A stretch of DNA of 60,953 bases, the filler included. It is 7 parts of 7 records of this genome, joined end to end, with 100 filler letters (N's around TTAATTAATTAA, not from the genome) between each part and the next. Parts side by side here need not be neighbours in the genome. Positions count along the whole stretch, not along the records: positions 39,922 to 47,799 come from SRR2962707_2605; positions 47,900 to 54,613 come from SRR2962707_2610; 5 more parts are not named here. One strand, 5' to 3'. Shown one piece after another: positions 44,367 to 52,268 of the stretch. How positions within the stretch are numbered: position 1 is the stretch's first letter; every line of letters starts with the position of its first letter. Both the position numbers and the translations under genes were made by a program. The notes under the pieces were generated by a model that was given only the letters and a program-made list of their open reading frames with translations, made no database searches and was not told where the DNA came from.

Positions 44367-45809
44367 CTAACCACCCGGGCCGCAATCCAGGCAATGCTCA
44401 ATCGGTTGTGGCCCAATATCCAGCTTGCGGTTGAGGTCACGCAATGCCGTACGGACTCCTTCCTCAATTACCGGGTGGTAGAACGGCATGGTCAGCATCT
44501 CGCTCACCGTCATGCGCTTCTGCAGAGCCCAGGCCAGCAAGTGTCCGATGTGTTCAGCTGCGGGGCCAAACATCTCCGCGCCCAGAAATAACCCACTGCC
44601 CCGCTCACCGTAGACATGCAGCAAGCCCTTATTAGCGCCAATAACGCGACTGCGCCCCTGCCCTTCGAAAGAAACCTCACCAACGGCATAACCACCCTTA
44701 CAACGCTCATCGACTTCGTTGAGGGTCATCCCCACCGTGGCGATCTGTGGATCGGTGAACACGATGCCCAATGGCACCCGGCGCAGCCCCGCCCGCACAT
44801 CCGGGTATCGAGCCGCGTTATCGCCGGCTATTCGCCCCTCATCAGCCGCCTCATGGAGCAGTGGCACTTCATTGTTGGCATCTCCAGCGATAAAGATATG
44901 ACTGTCACCGCACTGAAGCGTGTAATGATCGAACAGCGGTGAGCCATGATCATCCTCGGCAATATCCGCGTTCTGTATATCCAGACTGTCGACATTGGGG
45001 CGACGCCCGGTGGCTGCCAATAGATAGTCGAAAGTTTCCGTGGTTTCACTGCGATCCGCTCCCGAAAAGCGAATACGCACGCCGTCGTCCGTTCGCTCAA
45101 CCGACCGGACCTTGGCGCTGGTATCCAACGGAAATTCTTCATTGAATGTTTTCAGCGCGTAGTTGCGAATCGCTTCCTCCTGAAGCGGCCCAAGACTTCC
45201 GCTGACACCAAACATCCGCACCCGAACCCCCAGCCGACTGAGCGCCTGCCCCAGTTCCAGGCCGATTATGCCGGGACCGAACACGGCAACGGACCCAGGC
45301 AGGTCGTCCCACTCGAAAATGTCATCATTCACCACCAGTCGGTCCTTGGCGTCCTTGAGAAAGCCGGGGACGTTCGGCCGGGAACCGGTGGCAATGACCA
45401 CACGGGCCGCCTCGACTTCCACCTTCTCTCCAACAACAATTCGGTGAGGCGACAGGAACCGGGCCTGGCCGCGAAGCCGGTGAGCCTCGGGAAACCCCTC
45501 TACGGCCTCCACCACAAAGCTGACGAACCGGTCCCGCTCCCTGCGGACACGCGCCATCACCTCCTTGCCATCAATTCGGATGTCACCGGGATGAACACCA
45601 AACGTAGGTGCCTTGTGCAACTGATGGGCACTGTCGGCCGCCGCAATCAACAGCTTGCTGGGCATACAGCCGACACTGGCACAGGTGGTACCGTAGGCAC
45701 CCCCTTCAATCAAAACGATACTATCCGTATGCTTTCGGGCAGCGCGATAGGCGCTCATGCCAGCGGTACCCGCGCCAATAACAGCGACATCCACTTTGCG
45801 TTTTTCCAC
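44367..45809 (-). CDS. Dihydrolipoamide-dehydrogenase-like flavoprotein disulfide reductase
   Basis: [36 protein letters not shown]-terminal [10 protein letters not shown] start with GAGGGG RBS. Confidence 0.9.
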   Translation of the reverse strand: MEKRKVDVAVIGAGTAGMSAYRAARKHTDSIVLIEGGAYGTTCASVGCMPSKLLIAAADSAHQLHKAPTFGVHPGDIRIDGKEVMARVRRERDRFVSFVVEAVEGFPEAHRLRGQARFLSPHRIVVGEKVEVEAARVVIATGSRPNVPGFLKDAKDRLVVNDDIFEWDDLPGSVAVFGPGIIGLELGQALSRLGVRVRMFGVSGSLGPLQEEAIRNYALKTFNEEFPLDTSAKVRSVERTDDGVRIRFSGADRSETTETFDYLLAATGRRPNVDSLDIQNADIAEDDHGSPLFDHYTLQCGDSHIFIAGDANNEVPLLHEAADEGRIAGDNAARYPDVRAGLRRVPLGIVFTDPQIATVGMTLNEVDERCKGGYAVGEVSFEGQGRSRVIGANKGLLHVYGERGSGLFLGAEMFGPAAEHIGHLLAWALQKRMTVSEMLTMPFYHPVIEEGVRTALRDLNRKLDIGPQPIEHCLDCGPGG

Positions 45810-45983
45810 GTCTACAACTCCCCTCACCGCCTACAAAATTCATGGTTCTGCCTCAGTATAGGAGTGAATACGGGAAACCGTTCAGTTGCCAATTAAAGAC
45901 ATCGCAGCATTCGACGCGGGACTTTTTCAACCGCGCCTTCTAGACTGGCGCCCTGTAACGGAGCTTTCCTGGAGATAAAAGGT

Positions 45984-46640
45984 ATGCACAACTACTGGCC
46001 GGAATTCATCACCGTCGCCCTCGTTCATTTCCTGGCCGTCGCCAGCCCAGGGCCAGACTTTGCTGTGATGCTTCGCCAGGCGCTGTGCCAAAGCCGTCGC
46101 AACGCCCTGCTGACGGCCTTCGGCATTGGCACGGGAATTCTGATCCACGTGGGGTATTCCCTGCTGGGCATTGGCCTGATCATCCAGCAGTCGCTGGTGC
46201 TGTTCAGCATTCTCAAAGTGGTTGGCGCCCTCTATCTCACCTGGATCGCGATACAGTGTCTGCGCTCGAAAGCCGGCGGCATTCATGTCGAAACGGCAAA
46301 CGGTGGTCGGCAAAGCGGTTTCGCGGCCTATCGGCTGGGTTTTCTGACCAATACCCTGAACCCGAAAGCCACGCTGTTCTTCGTATCACTCTTTTCCGTG
46401 ATCATCAGCCCGGGTACGCCGATTGCGATTCAAACGGCTTATGGCGTCTATATGGCAGTGGCCACCGGCCTGTGGTTCATGGCCGTGGCTTTATTCTTCA
46501 CCCTGCCGCAGATCCGCAGGGGGTTTAACCGTTTCGGCTATTGGCTTGACCGGCTGATGGGGGGCGTTCTGTTGTTACTGGCGGGGCAGTTGCTGTTTTC
46601 AACAGTGTCTGGGGACGGAAGCCTTCCGGAAAAAGAATAA
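45984..46640 (+). CDS. LysE/RhtB family exporter
   Basis: SPGPDFA, GALYL, GFLTNTLNPKATLFF. Confidence 0.93.
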   Translation: MHNYWPEFITVALVHFLAVASPGPDFAVMLRQALCQSRRNALLTAFGIGTGILIHVGYSLLGIGLIIQQSLVLFSILKVVGALYLTWIAIQCLRSKAGGIHVETANGGRQSGFAAYRLGFLTNTLNPKATLFFVSLFSVIISPGTPIAIQTAYGVYMAVATGLWFMAVALFFTLPQIRRGFNRFGYWLDRLMGGVLLLLAGQLLFSTVSGDGSLPEKE

Positions 46641-46705
46641 CCAGTGCGGCCCCGCCCCGGTTTCAGGCAAACCAAACAAGACCGGCGCATGCACCAGAGC
46701 GTTGT

Positions 46706-47764
46706 TCACAGGCTACGCAACAGCTCTTTCGTTTGCTTCCAGCCAATGCAGGGGTCCGTTAGGGAGCATCCGTAAATTAAATCGTCGCTGTCATTTTGAC
46801 GACCTTCCTCCAGAAAACTCTCGAGCATCAAACCAACGATGTATGAATTACCTGCGCGTTTCTGGGCCATCACTTCCCGAGCGATAACAAGTTGCCGCTC
46901 GGATTGTTTCTGAGCGTTGTCATGACTGCAATCGACCATCACCGAAGCAGAAACACCTGCGCTGGACAAGGCATCCACGGCCTCGCGCACACTCTCCGCA
47001 TCGTAGTTTGTAATACCTCGCCCGCCCCGTAATACCAGGTGTGTATCGGGGTTGCCCTCGGTGGTAATCATCGCGGGTGCGCCATGACTGCCTATGCCGA
47101 ACCGGTGATGGGGATGGGCCGCTGATTTCATGGCGTTGATGGCAACGCCAATGCTGCCGTCGGTGCCGTTCTTGAAACCGGTCGGCATCGGCAGACCGCT
47201 GACCATTTCACGGTGAACCTGGGACTCAGTGGTGCGGGCACCGATGGCGGTCCAACTGACGAGGTCACCAAGGTAATCCATGGCGAACGGACTCAGGGCT
47301 TCCGTGGCCAATGGCAGGCCCATGTCTGACAGGTTCAACAGCAGGCGCCGGGAACGCAGCAGGCCTTCGTTGAGGTTTCCGCTGCCAGTGCGCTCCGGGT
47401 CATAGAGCAGGCCTTTCCAGCCAACGGTGGTTCGGGGTTTTTCGAGGTAGGTACGCATCACAATCAGGAAACGGTCGCTAACATCATCCGCCAGCGCTTT
47501 GAGCTTCTCGCCATACTCCAGTGCCGCCACTTCGTCGTGGATGGAGCAGGGGCCGACGACCACCAGCGTTCTCGGGTCCTCGCCGTTGAGTATCCGGCGA
47601 ATAGCATCCCGGTGCTGGCGAATCCGCGCCTGAATGTGAGCAGGAACCGGCAGGCTGGCTCGCAGTTCGGCTGGTGTCGGCAGCGGCACTTCCCGGGTTC
47701 CCGGCTCAGCCTCTGATGGCTGCTGGGTCTCGTTCAGTGTCTCGATGTTCAGCGACATGTTCAT
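46706..47764 (-). CDS. DAHP synthase, class I
   Basis: VGPCSIHD, YLEKPRTTVGWKGL, IGARTTESQ, FKNGTDG, VDCSHDN, TDPCIGW. Confidence 0.96.
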   Translation of the reverse strand: MNMSLNIETLNETQQPSEAEPGTREVPLPTPAELRASLPVPAHIQARIRQHRDAIRRILNGEDPRTLVVVGPCSIHDEVAALEYGEKLKALADDVSDRFLIVMRTYLEKPRTTVGWKGLLYDPERTGSGNLNEGLLRSRRLLLNLSDMGLPLATEALSPFAMDYLGDLVSWTAIGARTTESQVHREMVSGLPMPTGFKNGTDGSIGVAINAMKSAAHPHHRFGIGSHGAPAMITTEGNPDTHLVLRGGRGITNYDAESVREAVDALSSAGVSASVMVDCSHDNAQKQSERQLVIAREVMAQKRAGNSYIVGLMLESFLEEGRQNDSDDLIYGCSLTDPCIGWKQTKELLRSL

Positions 47765-47799
47765 GGTCAGTGTTCCCGTTTCCCTGTGTCAGAATCAAA

Positions 47800-47899
47800 N
47801 NNNNNNNNNNNNNNNNNNNNNNNNNNNNNNNNNNNNNNNNNNNTTAATTAATTAANNNNNNNNNNNNNNNNNNNNNNNNNNNNNNNNNNNNNNNNNNNN
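47800..47899. other. Artificial contig linker
   Basis: N44-TTAATTAATTAA-N44. Confidence 0.98.
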
Positions 47900-48323
47900 G
47901 ACGGCGCGTGTCGAGCGAGGCCATCAGGACCTTCTTGCGGTCGCGCTTTTCAAGCCGAGCAGCGATCTTGCCGGAGGTTGTGGTTTTACCGGACCCCTGC
48001 AGGCCGACCATCATGATGACGACGGGGGCGGCCGCATTGAGATCAAGCGGCACGCCTTCTTCGCCAAGCAGCGCCACAAGTTCGTCATGAACCAGCTTGA
48101 CCACCATCTGGCCCGGCTTGATCGACTTGACGATCTCGGCGCCGACGGCTTTCTCGCGCACCCGGTCGGTGAACCCGCGCACCACTTCCAGCGCCACGTC
48201 GGCCTCCAGCAGCGCGCGGCGAACCTCGCGCATGGCTTCCGACACATCCTTCTCAGACAGGGCGCCGCGCCCGGTCAGATTGTTGAGGATGGAGCCAAGC
48301 CGGTCCTGGAGAGTATCAAACAT
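47900..48323 (-). CDS. ffh: Signal recognition particle protein (3'-truncated)
   Basis: MFDTLQDRL, EVRRALLEADV, MVGLQGSGKTTT. Confidence 0.97.
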
Positions 48324-48390
48324 AGGGTCGTCCTGTTTTTGCTGAAGAGGTCTCCAGCCCATATGGGGCGGGCATTACGCAAAGCCAAAC

Positions 48391-48435
48391 AACACCCGAG
48401 GGCGCATCGCGCTGTCGGGTGGTGACCTCCGGGAT
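48391..48435 (-). ncRNA. Alphaproteobacterial ffh leader RNA
   Basis: Minus strand UCCCGGAGGUCACCACCCGACAGCGCGAUGCGCCCUCGGGUGUU directly upstream of ffh; ACCCGA/UCGGGU stem; resembles the ffh leader as remembered. Confidence 0.7.
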
Positions 48436-48606
48436 CGATTTATAGCTTTGGCGCTTAACCCTTCAAATCGATATCGGTTTGAAGACAGGATTTAAGCGCG
48501 ACAGAAAGCGTCCCGGTCGGCGGCTCGGAGTCATGCTCGTCGCAGATTTGAGCGGGATAAACATGAAAAGCGTGGCTGAGTCAAGGTTGAGAGGAGGGTG
48601 CCGCGC

Positions 48607-48999
48607 TTAACCAGCGATTTCGCGGCGCGCCAGATCAGCCAGAAACGCCGAGCGGGTCAGGCCACGAACCCGTGCTGTCGCATCCACTGCCGCCAACAGC
48701 CCCGCATCCATGGTGATGTTGGCCTTGGTGGTGCGTCCGCTCAAACGGATCACCGGCACGGCGAGCAGGAACGCACCTTCCTTGAGATCACGCGCCACAT
48801 CCGCGTCGTCGCGCACCGCCTCAAGGGTGCGCGCTTGCGGCAATGCTTCGCCCTCCATGTGCAGCGCCAAGGCTTCGCTGGCATTGGCCAGCAAATCATC
48901 AAGCTCATCAGCTGCGGAAAAGCATCCCGGAACATCGGGAAAATGAACCCCGAAGGCGCTGTCTCCGTCCTGATGCACAACGCCGATATAATGACGCAT
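48607..48999 (-). CDS. hicB: HicB antitoxin
   Basis: FGVHFPDVPGCFSA..NASEAL, C-terminal RHH (ANITMD..TRSAFL); AAGGAG RBS. Confidence 0.93.
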   Translation of the reverse strand: MRHYIGVVHQDGDSAFGVHFPDVPGCFSAADELDDLLANASEALALHMEGEALPQARTLEAVRDDADVARDLKEGAFLLAVPVIRLSGRTTKANITMDAGLLAAVDATARVRGLTRSAFLADLARREIAG

Positions 49000-49013
49000 G
49001 GGAACTCTCCTTG

Positions 49014-49199
49014 TCACTCAAGCCAACCAGCTTGTTTGTAGATGGCGCGAACGGTGCCGACCGGCAGATCCTTTTTCGGATGCGGCACAGTGACGGACTT
49101 GCCGTTCTTCCTGAACTTGTGGTGCGAGCCGGTGATTTTGACCAACTCAAAGCCATCTCTCTCAAGCCTCCGGATGATCTGCCGACTGTTCCGCTCCAT
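49014..49199 (-). CDS. hicA: HicA toxin (mRNA interferase)
   Basis: LERDGF..GSHHKF..VTVPHPKKDLPVGT..IYKQAG. Confidence 0.95.
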   Translation of the reverse strand: MERNSRQIIRRLERDGFELVKITGSHHKFRKNGKSVTVPHPKKDLPVGTVRAIYKQAGWLE

Positions 49200-49216
49200 C
49201 GGAAACGCTCCGTTAT

Positions 49217-49232
49217 GCGTATTTATATACGC
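49217..49232. promoter_or_regulatory. Probable HicB operator
   Basis: Palindrome GCGTAT-TTAT-ATACGC 18 bp upstream of the hicA ATG. Confidence 0.65.
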
Positions 49233-49275
49233 CTAGGCGAATGAAAAATCAAGAATGACCGCGCGCGTCTGCCCC

Positions 49276-49417
49276 CTATTGCAACGAATCCGCGATCGCT
49301 TCCCGGATCAGCCGCTGATAGGGAATATCCCGCTCCCACCAGGCTCTCGGGCATGCGCAGATTGATCTGCTTGGATTTCTTTTCAGGCTCGAAGCACATC
49401 GACTTGAAGCCGGATAA
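49276..49417 (-). pseudogene. CopG/BrnA-type antitoxin remnant (5'-truncated, internal deletion with frameshift)
   Basis: One frame reads LSGFKSMCFEPEKKSKQINLRMPESLV, a shifted frame reads ERDIPYQRLIREAIADSLQ*; both halves match the CopG-antitoxin pattern. Confidence 0.78.
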
Positions 49418-49428
49418 CCGGCAGGTCC

Positions 49429-50757
49429 TCACGCGGCCGTAATGTGGCTGTGCCCGAAGAAGGTCGGATAAAGGCAGGCTTCGCGATTGAGCCGGTGACT
49501 GCCGAGTTCAAAAACGAACAGATTCTCCCAATAGCCGGTGACTGCGTAGTGCACGCCATCGGGCAGCAGGGTGATGCCGCAAGGAAATCTCAAGCCCATT
49601 TTCCTTGTGTCAAACGAATGAAGGACTTCATTCGACGCTCCGTCGAACACGATCAGACGGTGCGCGCTCGGATAGCTGGCAATCGCCTGGTCGTTCCTGG
49701 CGTCGTAGCGGATGGAGAGGCCATGGCGCATTTCGGCAACATCCTGCCGGCTTCCCATCCGCCGGGGCCGTTTTCCCTTTGCCACTTTCAGGGTGGCTGC
49801 CGACATGTAGCCAATCCCCGGCTCGGAGGTGATATCCGCGCCGTAGGCTTCGTCCTCACCGCGCAGTTCTCTGGAAAGATCTGCCTCACTGCCAAGCCGC
49901 GCCTGGATCGCAAAGATCCGGTCCAGCCCTCCGGCAGCCAAGTGCCTCAATTCGCTGCGGCGGCGGTCGGTGACACACTTGTCGACGAGTTTGCCGCTTT
50001 CCATGTCGATGATGGTCACGCATGCTTCATGGACATGGCGCGGGATGTCCATCTTGCCGGACTTCGTGCCCGGCAAAGAGCCGTAATTGGCGACAACCAG
50101 ATACCGGTCGTTCTCGATCAGGCGGATATCATGCGGATCGATGCCATAAGTGGAGTAGCTTCCGCGGATTTTCAGCGTGTCCACATCACGGATGGTGATG
50201 CGGCCATGGTGCGTCTCCACCTTGCCCTCGCGCAAACTTTGCCGGGGCGCCCGCTCCGACATCAGCACCGTTTTTTCATTCGCGAGATAGGCTGCGTGCC
50301 CGCCACCGCGCCAGCCCTTGGAGAACGACGGCGCAACAGCTATCAGATCCAGCGTTTCAGGATCGAACGCTACCTGATCCGTCGCCTCAAAGCCGCACAT
50401 CACCCCCACCGAGCGGTCCGGAGAGATTTCAACGTCATGCGCATAGGCGGGCAAGAGCGCCTGCCGGGTTTCGCCGTTCATCCCGATCCGGGTTAACAGG
50501 CGGAACGGCCGCTCCGGATCGGAAATGTTCCGGGCGAAATAGCTGTTTTCTCTGAGCGGCAGCCCATTGGCCTGAGCTTCATTGGGCATGTAGCCCGGCA
50601 CATAAACCGAGGTCGCGCTCAATGGCTTGGCGGACTTTGCCGGATCGGGCGGCAAAGCCCGATCCGGGGACATGCTGCCGGTGGTGCATCCGCTCAGGGG
50701 CATCGCAACGACGGCTCCCGCTGCGCCTGCGAGTAGGGTTCTGCGGGTAACAGCCAT
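49429..50757 (-). CDS. Tat-exported, divergent DUF1513-like beta-propeller lipoprotein
   Basis: TRRTLL Tat motif + LSGC lipobox; GGHAAY, GIDPHDIRL, LVVANYG, ELRHLA correspond to DUF1513 YGHG, GIGPHE, LVVANGG, SIRHLA. Confidence 0.78.
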   Translation of the reverse strand: MAVTRRTLLAGAAGAVVAMPLSGCTTGSMSPDRALPPDPAKSAKPLSATSVYVPGYMPNEAQANGLPLRENSYFARNISDPERPFRLLTRIGMNGETRQALLPAYAHDVEISPDRSVGVMCGFEATDQVAFDPETLDLIAVAPSFSKGWRGGGHAAYLANEKTVLMSERAPRQSLREGKVETHHGRITIRDVDTLKIRGSYSTYGIDPHDIRLIENDRYLVVANYGSLPGTKSGKMDIPRHVHEACVTIIDMESGKLVDKCVTDRRRSELRHLAAGGLDRIFAIQARLGSEADLSRELRGEDEAYGADITSEPGIGYMSAATLKVAKGKRPRRMGSRQDVAEMRHGLSIRYDARNDQAIASYPSAHRLIVFDGASNEVLHSFDTRKMGLRFPCGITLLPDGVHYAVTGYWENLFVFELGSHRLNREACLYPTFFGHSHITAA

Positions 50758-50762
50758 GATGA

Positions 50763-50969
50763 TTAATGCGAACCGCCGCCTTCACCTTCACCCCCGACCT
50801 GGGTCGCATCGTCGGTAGGGTATTTCTGGCTCCCGAAGGTCCGATAAGGTTCCTTCTTCCTGTCTCTTGCTGGGCCACCACCCATACACCCTGCAGCAGC
50901 AGCCGTAGAGGACAGACCGAGCAACAATGTCAGCCGCGAACGGTCAACTTTTTCGATTTTTTTATCCAT
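50763..50969 (-). CDS. 68-aa predicted lipopeptide with acidic Gly-rich tail (GGEGEGGGSH)
   Basis: GGAGAGGA RBS; basic N-region (DRSR), hydrophobic stretch, AAGC lipobox; stop 5 bp before the next ATG. Confidence 0.75.
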   Translation of the reverse strand: MDKKIEKVDRSRLTLLLGLSSTAAAAGCMGGGPARDRKKEPYRTFGSQKYPTDDATQVGGEGEGGGSH

Positions 50970-51032
50970 ATTCCAGTCCTCTCCATTGATAAGTCTACCA
51001 GAGAACTAAACCAGTGTTTCCGCTGCTCGTAT

Positions 51033-51046
51033 TTGATATGCATCAA
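51033..51046. promoter_or_regulatory. FNR/FixK-type box (perfect consensus)
   Basis: TTGAT-ATGC-ATCAA inside ATTTGAT..ATCAAAT; centre 70.5 bp upstream of ATG 50969. Confidence 0.85.
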
Positions 51047-51114
51047 ATTGAATGTGTTTTGACAGATTTTATTTTTGCTCTCCGGAGACGCCGGGTGCTC
51101 CACATGCGGAGACA

Positions 51115-51804
51115 TCATTGCAAGGTGTTGACCAGGATGGATGCGAGCAAAAGCAGTGCCAGTGGCAGAAGTTCCTGACCCTTGAGTTCCTCATCAAGGC
51201 TGGAGCCTGGCAAACGATCGCGTGACCAGCGTGACAAGATCCGGACCCCAAGATGTCCGCCGGTTCCAAGAACTGCGGCGACGCCAAAGGCATTCATCCA
51301 GATCGATGCCAGGGAAACTGCCGCAACCGCCGTACTCAAGGCAATTTCGACAAGGCGTAGATCATGATTACGGATCAAAATCGGGTCGCGGCGATGGGCA
51401 TGGCAGCAACCGGCCTCAAGGCAGGCGAACTTGACGGGGATATAGGCCGTATTGATTGCCACTGCGTAGGCGGCAAGCACAAGGATTGAATTTCCATCCT
51501 GGCCAATCAGCAGGATAGCTGCGATCAGCGCGGCCAGTGCAGAGCCAGCTGTTGCTCCCGACCAGGAGGCCGAGGCCTTGCGCGATGCGTCCTGAAACGC
51601 AACCGCTATCAGGATCCGGTACCCGGTGCCGCCCACAAAGAAAAATCCGAAAATGAATGCCAGCGCAAAGGCGGAGGGCCAGTAATCGCCCTGCGTTACC
51701 GGAGCCGCCAGCATTCCGAAAATCGCAGCGCTGCCGACAGCTGACAACAGGCGCAATGATGTGGCGCGTGAAAAACGCAGTTTGTCCAAAGCCAGACCAA
51801 CCAT
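51115..51804 (-). CDS. Polytopic membrane protein with degenerate Lgt (prolipoprotein diacylglyceryl transferase)-like motifs
   Basis: About 7 TM; colinear GGTGYRIL, SWSGATAG, VKFACLEAGCC, HDLRLVE, GVRILSRWSRD, GQELL versus Lgt GGRLGY, SFHGG, GRxGCFxxGCC, HPxQLYE, RFxxEFxR, GQxLS. Confidence 0.6.
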   Translation of the reverse strand: MVGLALDKLRFSRATSLRLLSAVGSAAIFGMLAAPVTQGDYWPSAFALAFIFGFFFVGGTGYRILIAVAFQDASRKASASWSGATAGSALAALIAAILLIGQDGNSILVLAAYAVAINTAYIPVKFACLEAGCCHAHRRDPILIRNHDLRLVEIALSTAVAAVSLASIWMNAFGVAAVLGTGGHLGVRILSRWSRDRLPGSSLDEELKGQELLPLALLLLASILVNTLQ

Positions 51805-51867
51805 TCACCATCCCCTCACTGCGACCCAGGTTACGAGGAAAGCTTACTGCCACGCGAAAGCAGTTCC

Positions 51868-51881
51868 TTGACCCATATCAA
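51868..51881. promoter_or_regulatory. FNR/FixK-type box (one mismatch)
   Basis: TTGAC-CCAT-ATCAA; centre 70.5 bp upstream of ATG 51804; TAAGCT -10-like hexamer at 51846-51841. Confidence 0.75.
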
Positions 51882-51957
51882 CAGATGCCCGCCATTCTCG
51901 ATTGAAGATTTGGATCAGCTTTTAGGCCTATGTGACCTTGCCCCGCGTTCTGAACCG

Positions 51958-52018
51958 TCAAAACCCTAGGCAATCACCAGCACTTGCAGCATCGCCCCAT
52001 GCGCCAGTCATCGTCGAA
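51958..52018 (-). pseudogene. Degenerate copy of the 3' end of the SLC13-family permease gene
   Basis: 51973-52018 atcaccagcacttgcagcatcgccccatgcgccagtcatcgtcgaa aligns with 54528-54574 atcaccagcacttccagcatcaggcccatgcgccagtagtcgccgaa; both preceded by tcaaaac..ggcaatc. Confidence 0.75.
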
Positions 52019-52268
52019 ATCGGAGTAGACGAGGCACAGATGATGGAGGTGATGAGCTGATTTTCCGGCAGGCGCGTGGCGCTTGTCTTCAAGACCATGG
52101 CCGACGGGCTTCATCAAGATTATTCAACAAATCCCGCCAGTCAGATAGAATATTACTGTTGTTTTATCATTCCAACCGCTCATTAGATCGAAATTTCCGA
52201 GACACAGAACAATTAATCTTCACGGCGAAGATATATGGCGCGTGCCGGGAGGTCGATTACTTGCCGAA

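Noticed and set aside
49223-49432. 69-aa ORF as a real gene
   Set aside because: It is the out-of-frame read-through of the antitoxin remnant
49444-50496. 350-aa + strand ORF
   Set aside because: Antisense to the DUF1513-like gene, which has the signal peptide and family motifs
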